The notes under the pieces: model-generated
What the model was told of the DNA's origin: nothing
Seen by the model: only the letters and a program-made list of their open reading frames with translations
Database searches by the model: none
Origin: Deltaproteobacteria bacterium
Lineage (GTDB): Bacteria > Myxococcota_A > Polyangia > Fen-1088
NCBI GenBank assembly: GCA_033763315.1
Contig: JANRKS010000020.1
Coordinates: forward strand, 1 to 64,000
DNA length: 64,000 nucleotides
Reading direction: 5' to 3'
Position numbers and translations under genes: made by a program
Shown: positions 1-8,561 of the stretch, piece after piece
Numbering within the stretch: position 1 is the first letter of the stretch
Layout of the letters: each line of letters opens with the position of its first letter

Positions 1-1697
1 ACCAAAGGCAGCGGACGTAAGGCCCGCCTTTGTACCGACCCGACGGCCACCACAAGCCCCTCTTGTGACAGCAGCTCACCCGCAGGCTGCCACAGCCCCG
101 CTTGCATGACCGTCTTGGCCACGCCGCCGCCCAGGTTGAACGTAGCGATGCCACGCAAGTCCCAGGAGGCCCCAACCGTTGATAAGGCGGTCCATGTATC
201 GAACGGCTTGCGTGCAGCGGCTTGTTCGGCCCATTGCCCGGCACCGAACGCCGCGAGGCTGATGTTGAAGGACTCAACGCGTGGCACTTGATGCCATCGA
301 AAATCAACGCCCGCGCCAATCAAAGAATTGACGATTATGCCCTGCGCCTCAGTTCGAGAAAACCCCACGACGGGCATGCCGAACCAAGGAATCCATTCCA
401 GGCCATGCGCTTGCCCTCCGCCGTAGGCCAACGCGAGCGGCAAGGCCAAGTGCCACCGCGGTGCCAAGCCATAGGTCACGCGCAGCAACCCTGCCGCACC
501 GTCCGACGCCACGAGGCGCAACCCGGGATCGATAACCGGCGCATGGCGAACGCCCAAAGCCAACTGCAAATTCCACGATCCAGGTGCCACAATGGTGGAC
601 TCGCCGGCAGTGAAAGACTTGTCTGCCAACAGTTGATCCCGCCCACGCACGAGCTCACCTTCTTCAACGCTGGCGTTGCCTTGCCGGCCCAACGCCACGT
701 CACGCGACCAAACGGCCCCATTGTCTTGACGGCGGACCAGATATTTTCCTGCGGGCAAAGCGAGGCGCAAGCGTTTTGGCCCTCGCTGCGTTTCCAGCAG
801 CACGATGCCGCTGCGTAGGTCGACGAGCTGCAATGGTCCCGTGTCCTGCCGAAGCATCAACAGAGCGCGAGGCCTGTCGAGCGCAGACAAAACCAGATCG
901 TCGCGACCCTTTACGTCCATATGAAAACTGGGGTTCTGAGGCTCACTTGCTAAACGAGCGGTGTCCCGCACGGTCATTTCGCGCGCGTAGGCGAAAGCTT
1001 CGTTGATTGTGATGAGCCCGTCGTCGTTGTGATCACCAGCGCCGCGCAATCCGGCGTTCCAGTGATGCGTGAAGAACGAGCCGCCTAAGAATTCGGATTC
1101 GTGGGCGTTCTGCGCCCCCGAACTTGAGGAGATCAGGATGGCGCCTTCGCTCGTCAATGCATTAGGAACATCTACGTCAAAGGGCGCCGCTTCTCGCAAA
1201 CCTTTGCTGCCGGTCCAACCGCCGCCGCGGCAGGCATCGATGATTCCCATGCGGAGCAGAGCGCGCGTGTCCTGCATGCGAATGCGTAGATCGGAAACCG
1301 CCAACCTGCGGCCGCTGGGATAAAGTGCATCTGGATCGGCGTGGCCGGAGTAGTAAAACAACAGCAGGGCCTGAGTCGGCTTCACTTTGCCTGCCTGGGC
1401 CAAAGCGTTTTCCAACGCCTCGATCACCTGTGCGGGCTGCGGCTCTGTCAACAGCCGCACGTTCTCTGGAAGAAAGCCGCCTGTTTGAACTAGAACGTCC
1501 GCTACAGCCTGCGCGTCTTTGTGCGCGTAACGTAGGCGTGCGCGCCCTGCCGGAGCCGCGTTGGCGCCCACGACCACGGCCAGGCGCAACACCGGTGGTT
1601 CAGTTTGGGCCTGCCCCCGCCGCGGCGCGAGCAGGGCCAACACAAAACCCAAAGCGACGAGGGCGATCCTGAACGTCCGCGCACGCATTGACTGCAT
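1..1697 (-). CDS. Exported caspase-family (peptidase C14-like) protease with PEGA-like segment and probable C-terminal beta-barrel; 3' end lies outside the window
   Basis: Absent from the ORF track (no stop in window); hand translation from ATG 1697 (TGATG overlap with the upstream stop) gives signal peptide MQSMRARTFRIALVALGFVLALLAPRRGQA, then LAVVVGAN, LRYAHKDA, catalytic FYYSGH and IIDACR, SFFTHHW, LALPAGKYLVRR, then amphipathic beta strands. Confidence 0.85.
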   Translation of the reverse strand, partial: MQSMRARTFRIALVALGFVLALLAPRRGQAQTEPPVLRLAVVVGANAAPAGRARLRYAHKDAQAVADVLVQTGGFLPENVRLLTEPQPAQVIEALENALAQAGKVKPTQALLLFYYSGHADPDALYPSGRRLAVSDLRIRMQDTRALLRMGIIDACRGGGWTGSKGLREAAPFDVDVPNALTSEGAILISSSSGAQNAHESEFLGGSFFTHHWNAGLRGAGDHNDDGLITINEAFAYAREMTVRDTARLASEPQNPSFHMDVKGRDDLVLSALDRPRALLMLRQDTGPLQLVDLRSGIVLLETQRGPKRLRLALPAGKYLVRRQDNGAVWSRDVALGRQGNASVEEGELVRGRDQLLADKSFTAGESTIVAPGSWNLQLALGVRHAPVIDPGLRLVASDGAAGLLRVTYGLAPRWHLALPLALAYGGGQAHGLEWIPWFGMPVVGFSRTEAQGIIVNSLIGAGVDFRWHQVPRVESFNISLAAFGAGQWAEQAAARKPFDTWTALSTVGASWDLRGIATFNLGGGVAKTVMQAGLWQPAGELLSQEGLVVAVGSVQRRALRPLPL

Positions 1698-2461
1698 CAG
1701 TGCAAATCATCCGATCCACGCGACGCGGGCGCTGGCCCCTTCGAAAAGACCAGTTCCAGTTGCCACCAGTGCTCGTTCGTATTCTTACCCTTCACGTCGC
1801 TCAGCTCTTCACTTCGCACGGCTTCGTCCGAAAGCACAAGCAGGATCCGTTCGTCACCGGGCTGTGAATCGATTTGCCACGCCACTGGCAAAGTCGTGGG
1901 GCCTTTGCCTCCCACGGGGCCCTCCCATAGCCTTTGCCAGCCGCCTGCGGCATCGCGGCTGAAGGCTGAAATATGCTTGTGGTCTATCGCATCTACCTTC
2001 AAGCGCAACAGGTCCCGCGGCAGAACCTTTGTGGACCCATCCCATAAGAAAGTGTCGTTGCCGCGCTTGATGTATGCCCACACCATGGGGCCTGCGGCCT
2101 TGATGCCAACGTAGGCCTGCGGCTCGCGGACGGCGTCCGGGCGGGTGCGCATAAGGAGGAACACCGCAATGGCGAGTGCTGGCGCCGTCGCGAGCACGGG
2201 CAGCCAGAAACCGCGCAAGCGGGCGCGAAGCCCCGCGTAAGAATGCCCGCTTGGGTGCGAAGCCTGCCCGCCTGGTGGGGGAACCAACGCAGGCAGTCTG
2301 TGCACCCAAGCGGGTAAATCATCGGTGTCAGGGCGCACGCGCGCCATGTGTTGCTGACAAACGAGGCAAGAGGCCACGTGCTCTTGCACGGTCCGCGATG
2401 TGGCTGCCCCTGCCGCGAAAGAGTCCAGTGCAAACAACGACGGATGCTGGTTATTGGTCAT
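1697..2461 (-). CDS. Transmembrane anti-sigma factor with zinc-binding HxxxCxxC motif and periplasmic DUF4384-like domain
   Basis: HVASCLVC near N-terminus, one TM helix (FWLPVLATAPALAIAVFLLM), extracytoplasmic beta domain; overlaps the ECF sigma stop. Confidence 0.8.
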   Translation of the reverse strand: MTNNQHPSLFALDSFAAGAATSRTVQEHVASCLVCQQHMARVRPDTDDLPAWVHRLPALVPPPGGQASHPSGHSYAGLRARLRGFWLPVLATAPALAIAVFLLMRTRPDAVREPQAYVGIKAAGPMVWAYIKRGNDTFLWDGSTKVLPRDLLRLKVDAIDHKHISAFSRDAAGGWQRLWEGPVGGKGPTTLPVAWQIDSQPGDERILLVLSDEAVRSEELSDVKGKNTNEHWWQLELVFSKGPAPASRGSDDLH

Positions 2462-2946
2462 GCTCCCACTCCGTACCGGATGCTCATATTTGCCAAACGA
2501 TCATCGAGCCTTCTTAGAACACGCCTCACACTTCGCTCGCTGATGCCCATCACCGCAGCAACTTCTTGTTGATTGAGGCCATCCAGGCGAGAGAGCACGG
2601 CGGCTTCCATTTCGTCGGCGGGCAAGTCCTTTGCCAACTTGTGCAGCAGATCGCGGGCGTGGCTAAGGATTTCGGGGTTGCTGGTGTCTGCACTTGTGTC
2701 ATCAAGCGTCGCCAATTGTCTGCTTGTGCGTAGCTTGTCGATGGCTAGGTGGGTTGCCGTTTTATAGATCCAGGCCACGGCGGCCTCCGGCACGCGGAGG
2801 GTGTCCTGCCGCTGCCAGAAACGCAGGAAGGTTTCTTGCGCCACATCCTGAGCGTCGCCCGCATTGCCCAGAATGCGCCTGCACTTTTCCCTGATCATCG
2901 GGAAGTAGTGACGGTACGTGGCGTCAAGGCCTTCTGGCTGGGTCAT
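2458..2946 (-). CDS. ECF-type RNA polymerase sigma factor
   Basis: Region 2 DAQDVAQETFLRFW and WIYKTATHLAIDKLR; region 4 GLNQQEVAAVMGISERSVRR; 162 aa. Confidence 0.93.
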   Translation of the reverse strand: MTQPEGLDATYRHYFPMIREKCRRILGNAGDAQDVAQETFLRFWQRQDTLRVPEAAVAWIYKTATHLAIDKLRTSRQLATLDDTSADTSNPEILSHARDLLHKLAKDLPADEMEAAVLSRLDGLNQQEVAAVMGISERSVRRVLRRLDDRLANMSIRYGVGA

Positions 2947-3081
2947 AAGCGTTCAGGTGCTAGCTGAACACAAGACGAAGCCGCGAGGAAATTCCGGCCA
3001 AAAAAACGACAGGAGCTCGAAGTGCCCGATCTTGGGGCGTCTACGCCGACGTCCGGCCAGCGACGTGAACCATGAGTGGGA

Positions 3082-4173
3082 TCACTTTGATGGGCATCCG
3101 ATGCGTTTGCTATCGATCGCAACGTCGTCAATCCAAAGCGTGACTGGGCTTTGCAGTTGGTGCGCGTGACGCCAACCAAAGCGCACGATCGACGTCGGTC
3201 CCACGTAAAGCTTCCGACCTGTGACATCGTTCAGGCAACCAAAGGATTTGCCTGCAGGCGTGAGGTTGTAGCTGAGCCCAGCGACTTTTTGCCCGTCAAC
3301 CCACACTTCGTGTTGGTCGCCATCGTCCTTGAGGTGGTACTCCACGCAGGCCCACTTGCCGATGGGCATTGGATCGTTGGTGTGGTTCCAGCAGTCCACC
3401 AACTGCGAGGTGGAAGGCTGTAGGCCCAACTGAGTTTCTTGCCACGTGGTGGGGTGGCCGCCAATGCCTGTGGTCGCCAGTATGATCTTGCCTTGCGTGT
3501 CTGCTTTCACGTTGCCGGCGGCGCGCAACCACGTCCAGTGCAGCTTCGAGCCTGAAGGAGCTTTGTCGAGAAACACCATCATGCGCATGTATGTGTCGGC
3601 CAGCGGCAGCAACCCGGCTTGTTTAGGGGCAATCGATCCTTCGGAGCCCATTTCGCCTTTGCCGACGATCTTTACGGATCGTTTGCCTGAGAAGAACTTG
3701 GTTTCATCCACCGCCACAGTGGCTTCGCCTTCGATCAACTTCGTGTAGCCGCTCAATGCAGCATCGGCGGACTCGAAGTTATCGCAAAAAAGGTTAGTGG
3801 TGCAGGTGCTGCTGGTGGGGGGCGTGCCGCCGCTGCCCGCGGTGCCGCTGCCACCCGCCGTGCCGCCGCCGCTGCCCGCCGTGCCGCCGCTGCCTCCCGT
3901 GCCGCCGCTGCCCGCCGTGCCGCTGCCTCCCGTATTGCCGCCGGTCGAGTTGTTGCCTCCACCACCCGTCCCGGAAGGCGATTCGGCACCGGCCGTTCCG
4001 CCATCTCCACCGCTTCCGCCCACGGGTTCACCTGCCATACCACCTTCCCCAGGTTGATCGTTGTTGGAAGCGGGCTCACCAGAGGTGCACGCCACAACCA
4101 ACAAAGCCCCTATGATTTGCCAGGGAGCGGATACGCCGCGTCTAGAAATTCCTACGACAACGCTTGATGGCAT
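3082..4173 (-). CDS. Lipoprotein with Gly/Ser/Thr linker and Cip1-like (polysaccharide-lyase-fold) beta-sandwich
   Basis: Lipobox-like LVVAC, long GGSGGT linker, LFCDNFES, GKWACVEYH, LWIDDVAIDSKRIGC. Confidence 0.7.
   Translation of the reverse strand: MPSSVVVGISRRGVSAPWQIIGALLVVACTSGEPASNNDQPGEGGMAGEPVGGSGGDGGTAGAESPSGTGGGGNNSTGGNTGGSGTAGSGGTGGSGGTAGSGGGTAGGSGTAGSGGTPPTSSTCTTNLFCDNFESADAALSGYTKLIEGEATVAVDETKFFSGKRSVKIVGKGEMGSEGSIAPKQAGLLPLADTYMRMMVFLDKAPSGSKLHWTWLRAAGNVKADTQGKIILATTGIGGHPTTWQETQLGLQPSTSQLVDCWNHTNDPMPIGKWACVEYHLKDDGDQHEVWVDGQKVAGLSYNLTPAGKSFGCLNDVTGRKLYVGPTSIVRFGWRHAHQLQSPVTLWIDDVAIDSKRIGCPSK
3820..3945. repeat. Imperfect in-frame tandem repeats (about 18 nt unit) encoding a GGSGGT/GSGGTA linker
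   Basis: Repeated gtgccgccgctgcc units. Confidence 0.75.
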
Positions 4174-4369
4174 TCTGTCAGGCTAAGCTTGAGTGCCACG
4201 ACAAACAGTTGACACTTGTCTAGGAAAGACGCCACGACACGGTCTCGCGTTCACGGGCCCTTGTCTTTGGCCTTGGCGTTTTCCAAAGAAAGCTTGACCC
4301 TCGCCCGCCCTGGGCGCCGACCTAACTTGACCCCATACGCGGCGTTTTGCCGACGCAGAGGTATAAGTT

Positions 4370-6046
4370 ATGAAAACGCCGCAAAAGCTAGCCACCTGTT
4401 TTGTTGTTGCCATCGCTACCTGGTGTTCAGCCTGCGTGGGGACGGTGGATTCCGAGTCGGGCGGATCGTCTCAGGACCAGCCCAACAACATGGGCGGCTC
4501 TGGCGGTGGACGTGAAGAGTCGCCCCCCTTGGCCGCGGGGAAGTGCGGTTTGTTGCCACCGGCTTTGCGACCGCTGACACCAGTGCAGATCGCACGCACA
4601 CTGCGCACCCTGGTGCCCGGCGCGCCGGATGTAACGCAACGGCTTTCGGAGGTCGCGTCGAGCGGGGCAGGACGATTCTCGAACGCCCTCGCACGTAAAG
4701 ATCTCACCACACCCTTTGTCGAAGCGTTGATCGAGGCAACCCAGGACACCGCGAAGCCTATGAGCGACAAACCGGCGGATCTACGCTCTTGTTTGGGGCA
4801 AGCGAGTCCCTCGAAACAATGCGTAACGGAGCTGCTCGAAGAATTTGGCTCGCGCGTATTTCGACGACCTTTCTCTGAGGAAGAGCTCACGCGCTATGGT
4901 GCGTTTTTCACGCAACAGGTCGCTGACTTTGGTGTGCCTACGGCTTTGCGACAGTTGGTTCAAGCCTTGTTCATGTCGGGGCACTTCCTGTTCCGCACGG
5001 AGCTTGATGGCCAAAGTGTTGACGGGAAAATGGCGCTCAATCCCTACGAACTCGCTTCGGCGTTGTCGTACTTGATCCAAGATGGGCCGCCTGACGATGT
5101 GTTGTGGGGCAAGGCGAAAGCCGGCGCGTTGCCAAAGGACTTAAAGGCAGAAGCCCAGCGTCTCATCACCGCACCAAAAACCGCTTACGGCATTCGCATC
5201 TTTTTGGACGAACTGTACGGCCTTTCGTTGGTGGCCAACGCCGACAAAGACCGTGCGGTGTATCCCAAGTTTACGGACGAGGTGGGGCGGGACATGGCCG
5301 AGGAGCACGAACGATTCGTTGAAGACAACTTCTTCAGTGAAGCGTCGTCCTTCGAAAAGCTGTTTTCGAGTCGCAAGAGTTTCGTTACGCCAGCTCTGGC
5401 TGCGGTCTATGGCGTTACGTCGAACACGCAAGGCTTCGCAAGCGTGGAACTGCCGCCCGAACGCCACGGCATTTTAACCCAGGGTGCGTTCTTGGCGCTT
5501 TACGCTCAACGCGACGAAACGAATGTGGTTCGTCGCGGGCGCGTGATTCGTGAACGTTTATTCTGCGAAAACTTGCCTCAGCCTCCGCCCACGGTCAACG
5601 CCGTGCCCCCACGCCCCGACGGACAACTTTCACAGCGTGAGTTGCTCGAACGCCACAATAAGGACCAAAGCTGCAAACAGTGCCATCAGTTCATGGATCC
5701 GATCGGCTACCTGTTCGAGAACTTTGACGGCATTGGACAGCATCGTTCCGAGGACCTGGGGGAGCCAGTGAATGCAAGTGGTGAGTTCGTGCCCTTAGAC
5801 GGTGGGAAACCGATCGCTTTTGCCGGTCTTTCGGAGTTCGCTAGCTTCGTGCAGAGATCCGATCTCGTATCGAGCTGCTTCTTGAGCCAAGCCTACACGT
5901 ACACCCACGGCCGTGCTTTGGGAGATCGGGAAGCCTGCTTGTCAGAGCCGATGCTCGACGAGTTCAAACAGGACGGCAAGAACATGAAGTCCGCCCTGAT
6001 TCGCCTCGCCACAAGCGATCTCTTTGTTTTTCGCGCGCAACCATAA
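4370..6046 (+). CDS. DUF1592/DUF1588/DUF1595/DUF1585-family lipoprotein with a c-type heme motif
   Basis: LRPLTPVQIARTL, FRRPFSEEE, FLFRTE, YELASALSYL, RHGILTQGAFL, VRRGRVIRERLFC, CKQCH, DPIGYLFENFDGIG. Confidence 0.9.
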   Translation: MKTPQKLATCFVVAIATWCSACVGTVDSESGGSSQDQPNNMGGSGGGREESPPLAAGKCGLLPPALRPLTPVQIARTLRTLVPGAPDVTQRLSEVASSGAGRFSNALARKDLTTPFVEALIEATQDTAKPMSDKPADLRSCLGQASPSKQCVTELLEEFGSRVFRRPFSEEELTRYGAFFTQQVADFGVPTALRQLVQALFMSGHFLFRTELDGQSVDGKMALNPYELASALSYLIQDGPPDDVLWGKAKAGALPKDLKAEAQRLITAPKTAYGIRIFLDELYGLSLVANADKDRAVYPKFTDEVGRDMAEEHERFVEDNFFSEASSFEKLFSSRKSFVTPALAAVYGVTSNTQGFASVELPPERHGILTQGAFLALYAQRDETNVVRRGRVIRERLFCENLPQPPPTVNAVPPRPDGQLSQRELLERHNKDQSCKQCHQFMDPIGYLFENFDGIGQHRSEDLGEPVNASGEFVPLDGGKPIAFAGLSEFASFVQRSDLVSSCFLSQAYTYTHGRALGDREACLSEPMLDEFKQDGKNMKSALIRLATSDLFVFRAQP

Positions 6047-6062
6047 GCCAGGAACCAAAGCT

Positions 6063-7430
6063 ATGAAGCCGTTGAGTCGACGAACGTTTGGATTTAGCCT
6101 GGGCCTAGGGGCCGCCTCGGGGTTGCTGACGCCGATAGCGCGTGGCCTAATTGCCGAAGCACGCGGTGAAACGTCCACGGTCAAGCGATACATTTCATTC
6201 TGTGGCGGCAATGGCCTCGACATCGGCCGCGTGGAAGCTGCGGTGGGCAAGGGCCCTGAATTAAAGCCCACAGGCATCATGACGCCGTTGGCACCCCACG
6301 CGAAGGACTTACTTGCCCTTGTGGGTTTATCCGGAACAGTCGGTCAGTTGCACGGCAATGGCGAAAGCGTGTTTACGCTGGTTGAACCTACGGCGTGTTG
6401 CAAAGGCGTAGGCTTCGTGCCGGGTGGCATATCGATTGACCGGCACATCGCAAAAACTGTAAGCAAAGGCCGAAAACTATCGTCCGTAAACCTAGGGATT
6501 TTAGACACGCAGTCGGGCGGAGGCGACGTCGAACCGAATACGCTTTCAGCTGACGGCCCCGGGCAGCCGTTCCCGGCAATCTATGACCCCATCAAGGCCT
6601 TCGCCGCAATCTTCGGTGGTGCAATGGGCAGCGCCAACCCGGGTACAGGATCTTCCGGCGGCACGCCGCCCGTCGATTTGCTGTTAAAGCAGAAAAAAAG
6701 CTTGCTCGATTTCGTTCTCGACGACACGCAACGTCTTAAGCAGCGACTGGCGGCGCCTGAGCGTGTGCGCTTGGACCAATACCTTGAGTCCCTGCGCGAG
6801 ATCGAAAGCAGACTGAAACCAACAGTAGGTGCACCAGAGGTTGTGGATGCGGCCACCTGCAGCAACATGAAGGCCCCGAGCGTTGGCCAAGGCGCCCCCA
6901 AAAGCCCTCAGTATCTGCATGTGTCACCGCCTGTCGTCTACGCTCACATCGACATCGCGGTGATGGCGGTGGCTTGCGGTCTAACCAACGTGGCCACCAT
7001 CTTCACGCCACCCGGAGCGACACACATGGGGTTCGTGGACCTTCCCGGCGCGGGGAATGGCCAAAGCCACCACAACCTTCACCATAATGCGCAAGTGGCT
7101 GAGCTTACGGTGATCGACACTTGGTTCATGACGGCCTACGAACGGATCATCAGCAAAGTGAAAAGCTTCCCAGACGCTGCCGGCACACTGTTGGATTCAA
7201 CGCTGGTGTTATCGGCCAACGCCTCGGGCGGCGCGCATCACAATGGGCAAAAGAGCCACACGATTCTGCTTGCCGGAAGTCTGGGTGGCAAAATCCGAAC
7301 GGGCCGGTCGATGCGTTTTGCACCAGGCACAGAGCTCGTGGGTCCTTACCTTTCGATCTTGCAAGCGTTTGGTTTGCAAGACGCCAACAAGTTTGGCAGC
7401 CAATCTGGAACGCCCACAAGTTTGGCGTAG
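6063..7430 (+). CDS. DUF1552 (HXXSHH) family protein, Tat-exported
   Basis: Start ATG 6063, Tat motif SRRTF, SIDRHIA, KSLLDFV, RLDQYLESLREIE, SHHNLHH; usual partner of DUF1592. Confidence 0.88.
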   Translation: MKPLSRRTFGFSLGLGAASGLLTPIARGLIAEARGETSTVKRYISFCGGNGLDIGRVEAAVGKGPELKPTGIMTPLAPHAKDLLALVGLSGTVGQLHGNGESVFTLVEPTACCKGVGFVPGGISIDRHIAKTVSKGRKLSSVNLGILDTQSGGGDVEPNTLSADGPGQPFPAIYDPIKAFAAIFGGAMGSANPGTGSSGGTPPVDLLLKQKKSLLDFVLDDTQRLKQRLAAPERVRLDQYLESLREIESRLKPTVGAPEVVDAATCSNMKAPSVGQGAPKSPQYLHVSPPVVYAHIDIAVMAVACGLTNVATIFTPPGATHMGFVDLPGAGNGQSHHNLHHNAQVAELTVIDTWFMTAYERIISKVKSFPDAAGTLLDSTLVLSANASGGAHHNGQKSHTILLAGSLGGKIRTGRSMRFAPGTELVGPYLSILQAFGLQDANKFGSQSGTPTSLA

Positions 7431-7697
7431 CGGTGTGCCGAATCAGGAAATGTTTCGGCGACGCCTGGGTGCGTAAGCCGTTGGCCTTAATTTACGTCCT
7501 TCGACAATGGTGCTTGTTGCTCGCGGGTGCACTTACGAAGGCCACGAATAGAAGGCAACAGGCCGAAACAGAAAACTGGCCTCTCGTGCTATGCAAGTTA
7601 GCCTCGATTTCTGAGTCGTCGATTGTCGTTGGGTTTACGCTGCCGGCTTCCCGTTAGAACCAGCGTCTCGGGTTGCACGTTTAGGTATCATTACGAA

Positions 7698-7724
7698 AGA
7701 AGCCCGCTCGTGGCGGGCTCCTTC
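7698..7724 (-). terminator. Probable rho-independent terminator of the cytochrome c lipoprotein gene
   Basis: Stem AGCCCGC(7701-7707)/GCGGGCT(7713-7719), followed on the minus strand by TCTTT. Confidence 0.6.
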
Positions 7725-7749
7725 TCCTGTATTCAAGTCGGACGGATGA

Positions 7750-8424
7750 CTAATTTTGTTTCATGCCGCCATCGATCCAAGCCTGCAAATCGTCTTGTTG
7801 TGCTTTGGTCAAGCATGCAGCTTTGCCGCTGTCAGTGACTGGATTGCCGGAGCAGCCCTTGTCTTTCGGCATTGTGCCGGCTTTGATGCGTGCCAAGGCA
7901 CACTCGCCAACCTTTTTGCCTGCACAGTTCGCACCGCCCGTCTTTTGAGTCTCTGAGTACTGGCGCAGGTCCAAGCCACCTGACCCACCACCCGTGTGGC
8001 ACCCGCCACATTTCTCAGTGAAGATCGCTTTGATCTTGCCATCGTAAGTCACTGCCGCCGCCGTGCCACCCGCGCCGCCGGCTGCACCACCAGCGCCACC
8101 CGCTGCGCCGCCGCCACCGCCACCGCCGCCGCCGGCGCCGCCTGCCGCACCCCCGCCTGCGCCGCCCGAAGCGCCGCCGCTACCGCCGGAGGCCGAGCCG
8201 CCGCTGCCGCCGCTGGCGCTGCTGCCGCCCTTGCCGCCGGAGGCCGAGCCGCCGCCACCGCCGCTGGCGCTGCTGCCGCCTTTGCCGCCAGAGTTGCCCC
8301 CCGAGGCTTCGCCGCCCGAGCCACCATCGCCATCGCTATCGCTAGAACTGCTGCAGTTGATAACGCCCAGGCCTGCAAAGGCGAGGGCTGAAACGACCAA
8401 ACCAATACGCATCATTTTCATCAC
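7750..8424 (-). CDS. Lipoprotein with Gly-rich linker and small c-type cytochrome domain
   Basis: Lipobox VINC, CGGCH heme motif, distal GTMP Met ligand, LQAWIDGG end; AGGAG RBS upstream. Confidence 0.8.
   Translation of the reverse strand: MMKMMRIGLVVSALAFAGLGVINCSSSSDSDGDGGSGGEASGGNSGGKGGSSASGGGGGSASGGKGGSSASGGSGGSASGGSGGASGGAGGGAAGGAGGGGGGGGGAAGGAGGAAGGAGGTAAAVTYDGKIKAIFTEKCGGCHTGGGSGGLDLRQYSETQKTGGANCAGKKVGECALARIKAGTMPKDKGCSGNPVTDSGKAACLTKAQQDDLQAWIDGGMKQN
8183..8289. repeat. 51-nt tandem duplication encoding GGKGGSSASGG(G/S)GGSAS twice
   Basis: Near-identical units starting at 8183 and 8234. Confidence 0.8.
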
Positions 8425-8561
8425 CGAACTCCTTTTACACGGGTTGCGCGCTCAACATAGGCCGCGGGCCCCGTGTGGTTTTGAGGAGGGAGTGTACCCC
8501 TGTGCGTCGACCAAGGGAACTGCCGTTTTACCTAACCTTGACTGCACTCACGTTCGCCCTG

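Noticed and set aside
222-818. 198-aa plus-strand ORF and other small ORFs in 1-1700
   Set aside because: Shadows of the minus-strand caspase gene, which has clear catalytic motifs
2972-3000. Possible ECF autoregulatory promoter TGGCCG-N17-CGTCTT
   Set aside because: Plausible -10, but I could not find a consistent second copy to define the motif
7431-7749. 320-bp gap as an ncRNA or tRNA
   Set aside because: No cloverleaf or known riboswitch pattern seen; only a terminator hairpin
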